From IMG/VR virus record IMGVR_UViG_3300011335_000312, positions 1 to 25,349 of that record: a stretch of 25,349 nt of DNA; one strand, given 5' to 3'. The translations under genes were made by a program, and so were the position numbers. Below are positions 15,649 through 23,699 of this stretch, one piece after another. The notes beneath the pieces were generated by a model that was not told the DNA's origin, did no database searches, and was given only the letters and a program-made list of their open reading frames with translations. Within the stretch, counting starts at the first letter, position 1, and every line of letters begins with the position of its first letter. The stretch comes from a virus. Its lineage: Duplodnaviria; Caudoviricetes.

Positions 15649-15655
15649 TTATTTA
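15649..15655 (-). promoter_or_regulatory. TAAATAA late-type promoter; leaderless dps start
   Basis: GAG-TAAATA-ACATT-ATG(15644); its TAA is the stop of the 921-aa gene. Confidence 0.65.
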
Positions 15656-18418
15656 CTCGTTTCCAAAATATTTTTTTACTTCATCTTCGACTGACATCCA
15701 ATTTGCAGGTTTTTCTGTTAATGTTTTTTGATTTCGCGGAATACCAGTTATATCTACTTTAGCAGTCATGTACGTTGTATCTTGATATTTTGTATGTGGG
15801 CTTCCTTCCATTTTTGTAATAGTAGACATAGTGCCGTTAGGATGTTCTATTTCAACTTTATGATAGCCGTTATGTTTATGTTCGTGAATAAAATCTTTAC
15901 CGTTTTTATAACTTACACTAAAACCTTTGCCACCATTTTTTATATTTTGTTGCATAACAGAATGGCTGGCTTGTTCAACATCATCAAGTATACCTTTATA
16001 ACTATACATACTTTCTGGACCGTCTTTAGTCATTACTTCCATAACGCCTGGAGGTGAATTACCTTTACTACGATTTTTAATCATTTCTAATAATTGTGCT
16101 TTAGTTAAAGGAGCAGGTTCTGGCACTCCTTCTGGACGAGCAGCCTCTGTTTCTACAGGCGTAGTTATTTTAGGTGTTGAAAGTTTTGGACTTTCACCTT
16201 TGTTTAATAAACTTTTTAGTTTATTATTAGAATCCATAGTTCTTGTTGGTATAGCATCTAATCTGGCTTGTTCTTCAGCACTCAATGGTGGTGGCGGATT
16301 GTTTATTGCTTCTTTTTCTGCTCTACGTTGCTGTGATGACATGCTTTCTTGGCGAGCCTTTAAACCTAATTCTGGAAACTGTTGGTCAATACTATTAAAT
16401 GTCCAAGTGTTCATCTTTTTTCTGGCGTCTGCTACACCCATGCCTTTGACATCTGGTGCAGTAGTCCAATCTAAATCAACACCCATTTGGCGAGCCAAAT
16501 CGTTGTATCCTTCACGATTTACTATAATTTGTTTATTACTTTGCCGTACACCATTAACACCAGTTTGTTTAATCATGTGTCTAACAACTGCTTTTTCATC
16601 AATACTATCTTTGGGATTAGGCAACTTTGATCCTTGCCCTGCATTAGGATTCATTACCTTGGCACGATCTCCAAACTTTGCTTTATTTTCTTCTCTGGCT
16701 GCTATAAGACTTTGTTTAACTTCTTCAACATTATTCATAAAGTTTTGACGAGTAGCGGTTGTGTCGCCTCGAACAATACCACGTTGTTGATCTTTAAATT
16801 CTCTCATAACATCATCGGCTGTTCTTACCGCTGCGGCTTCTGGTGTTTCAATTACTGGTGTTTTAGCCGCAGGTGTTTCAGTTTTTATTGTTCGAGCAGT
16901 TAATGTACCAGTGCCAAAAGGATTGTCACCGTATTTGGCAATAATGCTGTTAACCATTGTTTGTTCGTTAGGCATCATTTGACCGCCATTAGCAATACGT
17001 TGTTGTAATGCTTCCCATGTCATTTTTTCAATTCTTTGTTGATTGGCTAAATTTGCCGCTTGTTTATTTTTTTGAGTTTGTGTAACTATTTGTTCAGCAT
17101 TTCTAACTGGACCAACTAATTCTGGTGTTGGTGCGGCTATTTGTCCAACAGGTCGTACTGGACCGACTAATTCTGGTGTTGCTACTTGTGGTGTTGTTTG
17201 TGCCGCTTTAGCCTGTGTAGTATTAACCGCAGCCTGTGCCGCAGGAGTTGTTGCTGCCGCAGGATTGACCTGTGCCGCAGCCATTGTCTGTGGTGTAGCA
17301 GGATTAATTGGTCCTGCTGCCGTAGGAATAACGCTGGGATGTGGTCTACCATATTGCAAAGCCTTTGCTTCTTGTGCATATAATGGTTGAAATCCAAGGT
17401 CACCAAGTTGTCGCATACTACCAGCAGTTTGACCAGCATTATATAATCCAACACCTTTTCTTATAAGGTTTAATGCAGGGGCTGCAACAGCACCAGCAGG
17501 ACCTAATAAACCATAACCAATAGCGGCACTGGCTAAATCAGGCAAATAACCTGACAATCGTGTATACGGTTCTGCTAACGCTTCGCCTGTGGCTCTGGCA
17601 ACATTTTCTTTGCCATACGGCACCATACCTCCTGTGCGTTTTAACGCAGCCGCTTGTTCTGGAGTATATTGAAGTGCTCTGTTATTAAGTTCTGCTGTGT
17701 CAATAACACCTTCACGCCATGCTTGTAAGTTTTCTGGTGTATTATAAGTTGTTCCTGCAGGTTGTCTGGCACTTTCATATTGTCCAGCGTAAGTTGCTCG
17801 TTGTCCAGGTTTTGTGCCTTGTCTGCCTAATGTGTTAATAGCACCTTCGGCTACATCTGGTAATGCTCGGGCTGTATTAACTATTGCTCTGCCAACTTTA
17901 GGCACCGCTGGTGCTACAGCCATTGACATAGTACCCATCATATTACCAACGTCTGCTTCTGGAATACCAGTGACTTCTGCAATAGGTTTGACAGCTCCTT
18001 CTTCGATAAATTGACCCACTGCTTGTCCAGCACTACGCAATGGTGCATTTTCATAACCTTGAGTTTTTTCAGTGCCAGTTAATCTGCCTACAGTAAATTT
18101 ATTTCCAGGTGCTTGAAATTGAAATTGTTCTCTAAATTTTTCTGCTGGTTCTGTGGGTGTAGGTAAAAACCCTTTGCCCATAGCAGCATTAGCCAAACTT
18201 TCAGCACCTTGTTTAAATCTATATCCAGCATATGCCGCTTCGCCTACTGCGGCTCCAGGCAATCCTAATAATGTGTCTGCTAAACTTGCCGAACCTCTGC
18301 CTACTGTTTGAGCAGCAGTTTCTCCGCCTGATAGATGATCCTTGATTTTTTGTTTGGCAAGATCAGGATCGTCCGTGGGCAAATCATAATAAACACCATT
18401 GTGCGTATATATTGTCAT
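15653..18418 (-). CDS. Large internal virion/ejection protein (921 aa)
   Basis: N-terminal NGVYYDLPTD motif, A/G-rich hydrophobic segments (LASAAIGYGLLGPAGAVAAPAL), A/Q/P/T linker; third of three ejection-type genes. Confidence 0.65.
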   Translation of the reverse strand: MTIYTHNGVYYDLPTDDPDLAKQKIKDHLSGGETAAQTVGRGSASLADTLLGLPGAAVGEAAYAGYRFKQGAESLANAAMGKGFLPTPTEPAEKFREQFQFQAPGNKFTVGRLTGTEKTQGYENAPLRSAGQAVGQFIEEGAVKPIAEVTGIPEADVGNMMGTMSMAVAPAVPKVGRAIVNTARALPDVAEGAINTLGRQGTKPGQRATYAGQYESARQPAGTTYNTPENLQAWREGVIDTAELNNRALQYTPEQAAALKRTGGMVPYGKENVARATGEALAEPYTRLSGYLPDLASAAIGYGLLGPAGAVAAPALNLIRKGVGLYNAGQTAGSMRQLGDLGFQPLYAQEAKALQYGRPHPSVIPTAAGPINPATPQTMAAAQVNPAAATTPAAQAAVNTTQAKAAQTTPQVATPELVGPVRPVGQIAAPTPELVGPVRNAEQIVTQTQKNKQAANLANQQRIEKMTWEALQQRIANGGQMMPNEQTMVNSIIAKYGDNPFGTGTLTARTIKTETPAAKTPVIETPEAAAVRTADDVMREFKDQQRGIVRGDTTATRQNFMNNVEEVKQSLIAAREENKAKFGDRAKVMNPNAGQGSKLPNPKDSIDEKAVVRHMIKQTGVNGVRQSNKQIIVNREGYNDLARQMGVDLDWTTAPDVKGMGVADARKKMNTWTFNSIDQQFPELGLKARQESMSSQQRRAEKEAINNPPPPLSAEEQARLDAIPTRTMDSNNKLKSLLNKGESPKLSTPKITTPVETEAARPEGVPEPAPLTKAQLLEMIKNRSKGNSPPGVMEVMTKDGPESMYSYKGILDDVEQASHSVMQQNIKNGGKGFSVSYKNGKDFIHEHKHNGYHKVEIEHPNGTMSTITKMEGSPHTKYQDTTYMTAKVDITGIPRNQKTLTEKPANWMSVEDEVKKYFGNE
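17106..17181. repeat. 25-bp direct repeat, 51-nt period (TPELVGPVR x2)
   Basis: actggaccaactaattctggtgttg (17106-17130) versus actggaccgactaattctggtgttg (17157-17181); one mismatch. Confidence 0.85.
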
Positions 18419-18419
18419 G

Positions 18420-20783
18420 TTAGAATTTTATTTCGATTGGATTTTCTTTAGTTCCAACTTCTTTTTTGGATTCTTTTTTCTTTTCAGTTTCGCTCATTGG
18501 CTTTAAATTGTATTTTGGCGGCAATCCAAGTTTTTCTCTGCGAATATCAATCATACGCATAACGTTTTCGTTAAATTCTTTGGATGCTTTCTTAAATTCA
18601 TTTTCACTTTGGCTTAATTGCATACGATTTAACGCATCTGTGGCTGCTGCACCTTCTTTTTCAGTGATCTGACCACCGCCACGCAAACTTTCAAATGCTT
18701 GACGGAAGGTTTCACCTTTAATCTGGTTAAATGCACTAATAAAATCTGCTTCTTTAGTTCCAGCAATAGGTTTTTCAAGTAATCCAAAACCAAGACCAGC
18801 ACCTTTAAATCCAACAGTATCTCTAAATGCTTTTCCATCACCAATTTTAAATAAGTTTTCAACTTGAGTAATAAGTTGGTCAGCCTGACTTTCAACCTGT
18901 GGTTGAGTGGCTTTAACTTTACCCATGTCTGTGCCAATAACTTCGGCTGCTGCTGCTTTTGTTTTTTGGTCAATTTCACGTTGTCCTGGGAATGTTCCAG
19001 CAGCACCAGCAGAGGCAGGGGCACCAGCAGCACCTGTAGCCACTGGAGCAACAGCACCAGCAGGAGCACCAACAGAAGCACCAGCAGCACCTGTAGCCAC
19101 TGGAGCAACAGCACCAGCAGGAGCACCAACAGAAGCACCAGCAGTTGTAGGAACTGTTCCTGTAACTGGTAATCTGCCTGCTAATATAGTGGCTTTAACA
19201 GTTGGATCTAATGGACCAAATTTACCTTCACTGTCACTGACAATTTTAGCCAATGTTTCAGCACTGGCAGTGGGTCCAGCATATGCCAATTTGTTTTGTA
19301 ATTCTTGTTGTTGGATAATGTTTTTAGTATTAATATCACTGCCAATACCAAACGGACGAAGATTAGAACTTGGTCCTTTGTATTTTTTACCTTGATTATC
19401 AACTAACTCAATACCCTGCGGTGTTGTGCGTTCATAATAAACTTCACCAGTAGTTGTATCTTGCATTTTACCAGTGTGTGTTTGAGCACCTTTTTGCACT
19501 GAAGCATATTGAGCACCAGCGATTAATTCTTGTGGGGTTAATTCTTTTCCTGTAGTAGCATTAATGCCTGATATAGGTGTACCATTTTCAGCCATTTTAA
19601 TCATAACTGGCTGCCCATCAACCTGTGTCATCATTTCTTTACCAATACCTAACTTGGCAATTTCAGCACCTTTAGAATTTTCCATGCCTAACAATCCAAA
19701 CAATATGGCTTTAACATAACTACCACCTGTTGTTTTTTCACGTAATGCTTTAGCAACAGCATTTTCATCCATAGTTTTAATCTGTGCTTCTGCTTTAACA
19801 AAACCTGCCTCTTGTGCTAATGTATCACTGACTTGTTTTTTAACATGCTTCTGTAAATTTTCAGGAGTGTTTTTGTCATATGCAAAAGCCAATCTATCTT
19901 TTGGATTATCTGGTAAACTTAAATATTGTTGATACGGATCATCAGGTAAATTTAATGGTTGTTGTTTTGCCTCAAATGCGGCAACTTGATTGTTGATAAC
20001 TGAATCGGGTTGTGGCACTGATGCACCACCAGTAAAAGGTGCCGCTCCTGGACGATTACGATCATATGTTGGTATACCGCCTTCATAAGCTGCATTGCCT
20101 GGGCGGTTGCGATCATATGGTTCAAATCCACTGCTGCCTACATTGGCTGGTGGTTGTGGAACTGTGCCTGCTTCTGCACTTGGAATAACGCTGCCAACTA
20201 CATTACCTAACTTTTGAAGATAACCTTGTGTTTCTCTGGGCAATTGACTGACATTCATTTGTCCTTGATTAGCACGAATATTTTGATCTACTCTGCCAGG
20301 ACCTGCATTATACGCAGCCGCTGCTTTGGCTTTGTCTCCGCCAAATTTTTGCAGCATGGCTTGATAATATTCAGCACCAACTCTGTTATACTCTTCTGGA
20401 CTTTCATCTCTGGCAGGAGTAATACCAAAACCAGGATTTCTTGCCGTTGCTGGCATAACTTGATTACGATACATAGCACCTGCAGGACTTTGAATAGGTC
20501 TGCCTTGTGCGTCAAAATCTCTGTTGCCGCTTTCAATCTGTTGCATACGGCTAAACGTGTCATCGGGACTTGCAGGACCAGTAACAGTTGGCGTGTTAGG
20601 ATTCATAGAACTCAAACTTTGCGGAGTTCCTTTAATTGTCATTTCCTGAGTGCCATCAGGGTTAGTTGTTATAGTTTGTTTAACTGGAGTGTCTGCTTGT
20701 TCAGCATCCATTCTACGTTTGCGTTCTTCTTCGCTTTCGTATTCTCCGATTACATTGCCAAGGGCATCATATTCATAAGCCAT
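18420..20783 (-). CDS. Internal virion/ejection protein with a soluble lytic transglycosylase domain (787 aa)
   Basis: SLT motifs IESG (Glu84), AGAMYRNQVMPATA, AAYNAGPGRV and LPRETQGY at aa ~77-192. C-terminal AFESLRGGGQITEKEG motif recalled from podovirus ejection proteins. Confidence 0.85.
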   Translation of the reverse strand: MAYEYDALGNVIGEYESEEERKRRMDAEQADTPVKQTITTNPDGTQEMTIKGTPQSLSSMNPNTPTVTGPASPDDTFSRMQQIESGNRDFDAQGRPIQSPAGAMYRNQVMPATARNPGFGITPARDESPEEYNRVGAEYYQAMLQKFGGDKAKAAAAYNAGPGRVDQNIRANQGQMNVSQLPRETQGYLQKLGNVVGSVIPSAEAGTVPQPPANVGSSGFEPYDRNRPGNAAYEGGIPTYDRNRPGAAPFTGGASVPQPDSVINNQVAAFEAKQQPLNLPDDPYQQYLSLPDNPKDRLAFAYDKNTPENLQKHVKKQVSDTLAQEAGFVKAEAQIKTMDENAVAKALREKTTGGSYVKAILFGLLGMENSKGAEIAKLGIGKEMMTQVDGQPVMIKMAENGTPISGINATTGKELTPQELIAGAQYASVQKGAQTHTGKMQDTTTGEVYYERTTPQGIELVDNQGKKYKGPSSNLRPFGIGSDINTKNIIQQQELQNKLAYAGPTASAETLAKIVSDSEGKFGPLDPTVKATILAGRLPVTGTVPTTAGASVGAPAGAVAPVATGAAGASVGAPAGAVAPVATGAAGAPASAGAAGTFPGQREIDQKTKAAAAEVIGTDMGKVKATQPQVESQADQLITQVENLFKIGDGKAFRDTVGFKGAGLGFGLLEKPIAGTKEADFISAFNQIKGETFRQAFESLRGGGQITEKEGAAATDALNRMQLSQSENEFKKASKEFNENVMRMIDIRREKLGLPPKYNLKPMSETEKKKESKKEVGTKENPIEIKF
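19021..19144. repeat. Perfect 57-bp tandem duplication (~2.2 copies), in frame
   Basis: Unit gcaccagcagcacctgtagccactggagcaacagcaccagcaggagcaccaacagaa at 19021-19077 and 19078-19134, plus 10 nt; encodes AGASVGAPAGAVAPVATGA twice. Confidence 0.95.
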
Positions 20784-20784
20784 A

Positions 20785-21525
20785 TTAGAACCCTTTCATA
20801 ACACGGGTTATATCAGCACCATCAAAACCAAATTTACTGCTTGATGTATTACTGCCCTGAGTACCACGGAAGTCAGGGTTGTAACTACCTTGCGGTGTTC
20901 CAAATATAACTGAAGCGTATTGATTGTATAGTTGTTGTGGAGTCATAGCCGCACTAACACCTTGTCCAGCCGCACCCAAGGCTTGTCCAATATTACTGGC
21001 ACCCTGCGTTGCCAAGAATTGACCTACACCAGCACGTTGATTTGCAATTTGTGCTTGAACATCAGCGGCAGTTTTAGCCATTAACGCTTGGTTGGCTCCA
21101 GCCGTTTGTCTGCCTGCCAAGGCTTGTCTGGCACTACCTAAATTACCTGCACCGCCAAATCCTGCTTCTTGATTAGCAATATTTTGAGCATATTGACTTT
21201 GAGCAGGGGCTAATGCGTTTCTAATTTGATTGGCTTCGTAGTCAGGATTGAATAAACTTTCTAATCCACTGATACCTGTGCGTAATGCACTTTCGCCTGT
21301 TTCGCCAAGACTACCCTGTGCTTGTCTGGCTACACCAGCAAGGTTTTGAGCAGCGTTTAATACACCAGGAGCATTTTGGTTGTATACGTCTGTGGCTCCA
21401 CGAACAGCAGTCTCATAGGTAGGCTTAATAGTGCCTGTAAAGAAATCTGTTTGTGCTTTTATCTGTGCTTTTTGCTCGTCTGTTAGCGTAGGCGATGTTG
21501 TTGAACTTGATTTACCGAAACTCAT
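20785..21525 (-). CDS. Small ejection/DNA-transfer protein (246 aa)
   Basis: MSFGKSSSTT start, A/Q/G-rich helices, NPDY and GGAGNLGSAR motifs typical of podovirus DNA-transfer proteins; SD AAAGGA. Confidence 0.7.
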   Translation of the reverse strand: MSFGKSSSTTSPTLTDEQKAQIKAQTDFFTGTIKPTYETAVRGATDVYNQNAPGVLNAAQNLAGVARQAQGSLGETGESALRTGISGLESLFNPDYEANQIRNALAPAQSQYAQNIANQEAGFGGAGNLGSARQALAGRQTAGANQALMAKTAADVQAQIANQRAGVGQFLATQGASNIGQALGAAGQGVSAAMTPQQLYNQYASVIFGTPQGSYNPDFRGTQGSNTSSSKFGFDGADITRVMKGF

Positions 21526-21546
21526 TGGTTGTTTCCTTTGTATGTA

Positions 21547-21553
21547 TTATTTA
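21547..21553 (-). promoter_or_regulatory. TAAATAA late-type promoter for the ejection operon (leadered)
   Basis: CGC-TAAATA-ATACATACAAAGGAAACAACCA-ATG(21525). Confidence 0.65.
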
Positions 21554-21568
21554 GCGTAGTAATTAACA

Positions 21569-22798
21569 TCAATCACCACCACCTTGATTTTGCTGTTGTT
21601 GCATTACATATTCATATTGACTTTGTATGCGTTGTGCAGTTTCTGTATCGCCTCTGGCAATTGCTTCTTGTTGTTGTCTGGCAATATCAGGACCCATTGC
21701 TGCCGCAACTTGGTTGTATTGAACATTATTACTATAATCTACATTTTGATTGCCTGTATTAGGATTGCCTGTGTTTGGTGTACCTTGTGCATTAATAGTT
21801 GGCATTTGATAACTGTTAGTAGCACTGGGAACAACCATACTGCGTGGATCATAGGCTTCCATTCGCTGTGCGTTAGGCACCGCAGGTCCAGTGGTAATAT
21901 TCTTACCTGCAATAATATCATTAATCTGTGCACCAGTTAAACCACGAGCAAGTTGTTGTAATCCCCATGGCGTTTCACTGCCTGCGGCTTGATTGTATTG
22001 TTTGGCATTAAAATCAGGACCAACCTGAAAACCTTTACTGCCCCAGTTATATTTGCTTTGTGCAGGATCAAACGTTTTGTAAAAATCTGTGGGTGCTATA
22101 AAGCCTGGATTTAATCCCATGCCACGTTGCTGTGGCTGTGGTGCTACAGGTGGAACATATACAGGCGGTATTACCTGCGGTGGAACTACTGGTGGTGTTA
22201 CAACTGGTGGAATTACAGGCGGTAACTCTGGTGGTATTACAGGCGGCAATACAACAGGAGTTTCTGGAGGAACTACAGGAGGAACATAAGGCGGTATTAC
22301 AGGCGGCAACACTGGCGGCAACACGGGTGGAACAACAGGCGGTTCTTCTACAGGAGGAACTGGTTGTAAAATATCAGGTGCTTCAATAAGTGGTGGATTA
22401 TAAGGCGGTAATTCAATTGGTGGTGGCAATGGTATAACAGGACGTTCTGTAACAGGGCGAGTATCTGTAATAACCATTGTAGGCATTTCTGTTACTGGTT
22501 GTTCAGGAACAGGTAATAAAATATTAGGCGATTCAATAAGTGGTGGATTATATGGCGGTAGTGTAATCTCAGGTCCCGCAGGAATAACTGGACGTTCTGC
22601 TACTGGGCGTTTATCTGTGATAGTAATTGTACCCATGTCAGGAATGTCAGGATCAGGTGCTACTGGTCCTAGACCATCAGGATATACACCATCGGGAGTT
22701 GCACCTTCTCTGTTGTAATCAAAATTATCACCAAAGTCATAATCTGCGTCAACATCTTGGTCAAACGTGCCCCAACTGTAATCGTCATAAAAAGCCAT
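21569..22798 (-). CDS. Proline-rich repetitive protein (409 aa), probably virion-associated
   Basis: Acidic/aromatic N-terminus, duplicated 50-aa unit, long PPV(I/L/V) run and Q-rich C-terminus; SD AAGGA. Confidence 0.75.
   Translation of the reverse strand: MAFYDDYSWGTFDQDVDADYDFGDNFDYNREGATPDGVYPDGLGPVAPDPDIPDMGTITITDKRPVAERPVIPAGPEITLPPYNPPLIESPNILLPVPEQPVTEMPTMVITDTRPVTERPVIPLPPPIELPPYNPPLIEAPDILQPVPPVEEPPVVPPVLPPVLPPVIPPYVPPVVPPETPVVLPPVIPPELPPVIPPVVTPPVVPPQVIPPVYVPPVAPQPQQRGMGLNPGFIAPTDFYKTFDPAQSKYNWGSKGFQVGPDFNAKQYNQAAGSETPWGLQQLARGLTGAQINDIIAGKNITTGPAVPNAQRMEAYDPRSMVVPSATNSYQMPTINAQGTPNTGNPNTGNQNVDYSNNVQYNQVAAAMGPDIARQQQEAIARGDTETAQRIQSQYEYVMQQQQNQGGGD
22100..22640. repeat. 150-nt-period duplication plus PPVx tetrapeptide array
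   Basis: ttcaataagtggtggattata occurs at 22382-22402 and 22532-22552; repeated acaggcgg/ggtgg units at about 22140-22350. Confidence 0.8.
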
Positions 22799-22822
22799 TA
22801 TATGTTATCCTTGTTCATTGTG

Positions 22823-22829
22823 TTATTTA
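22823..22829 (-). promoter_or_regulatory. TAAATAA late-type promoter
   Basis: CAA-TAAATA-ACACA-ATG(22818); its TAA is the stop of the 290-aa gene. Confidence 0.6.
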
Positions 22830-23699
22830 TTGTTTAACTACTTGAGCACTTAAACTTCGTAGTCCAAATTTACTGGTTATTACTTGTCCTGTGCCTGTTG
22901 TAAATTTAAATCCTGTTTCTAAAATATACCAATAGTATCCAGTATTAGGTGTGTCAAATATAGCAGTAAAAATTGTTTCTTGTTCAGGTATACTTCCAGC
23001 ATCATTTAATCCTGCGTAAGTATAAACTTTTTTTGCAATAATACTATCAGGTTCGTCAGGGTTAAAAAGATATTCAGGATTAGTAGGATCATTATTTGGA
23101 AAACCATAATAGCGTCTAATTTGTACAGTATAAGTCAATGTGGCATTTACTGCTTGAGTATAACTAATAACGTTGTCAATCTGACCACTAATAAACACTC
23201 GGTCTGTAGCCCCAGTTACAGTAACTCTGGCATTTGCATCAGTGCCTAATGGACTACTGCCTGTAGTCAAAGATATATTACCATTGGGACTTGCAGGAAC
23301 AATATCATAACTGTTAATAGTTCTAACAATAACATATGCAGTGGTGCAACTAACTACACCTTGTCCACCATAGTCATCATTATACCAATCATTATCGCAA
23401 TCAGTGACAGTTACATTATTACCATTAATAAATGGTGCAGCAGTTTGAGCCGTGGCAAAAGTAAACTTCCACGTTCTACCATCTAACATTTCACATTGCG
23501 ACAACGCTATGGGTGCAACATATAATGGTGCCAGTGTTGCCTGCGTGTATGGCACACGAAAATTACCAGTCAACCACGCTGGTGCGTAACTTGAAAAGCC
23601 TGCAAAATTCTGTCCAAGACCACTGGGTCCTGATAACAGATTATTAATGGCTTCAACAATACCATCTTGGTCGCTGACTTCAACAGGAAATTTAGCCAT
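22827..23699 (-). CDS. Virion/tail-associated beta-rich protein (290 aa)
   Basis: TAATG-coupled to the nozzle gene; beta-rich C-terminus (VFISGQ...YTVQIRR...FDTPNTGYYWY). Confidence 0.7.
   Translation of the reverse strand: MAKFPVEVSDQDGIVEAINNLLSGPSGLGQNFAGFSSYAPAWLTGNFRVPYTQATLAPLYVAPIALSQCEMLDGRTWKFTFATAQTAAPFINGNNVTVTDCDNDWYNDDYGGQGVVSCTTAYVIVRTINSYDIVPASPNGNISLTTGSSPLGTDANARVTVTGATDRVFISGQIDNVISYTQAVNATLTYTVQIRRYYGFPNNDPTNPEYLFNPDEPDSIIAKKVYTYAGLNDAGSIPEQETIFTAIFDTPNTGYYWYILETGFKFTTGTGQVITSKFGLRSLSAQVVKQ

Noticed and set aside
19021-19144. Tandem repeat as a CRISPR array or DGR template/variable repeat
   Set aside because: The copies are adjacent, spacer-less, in frame and identical, with no adenine-specific mismatches and no cas or reverse transcriptase gene.
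153-22845. Numerous plus-strand and nested ORFs in the track (e.g. 2265-2711, 16200-16748, 18907-19395, 20214-20801, 18629-19138)
   Set aside because: They are antisense or off-frame shadows of long minus-strand genes with biased codon use, and have no SD, promoter box or recognisable motif.
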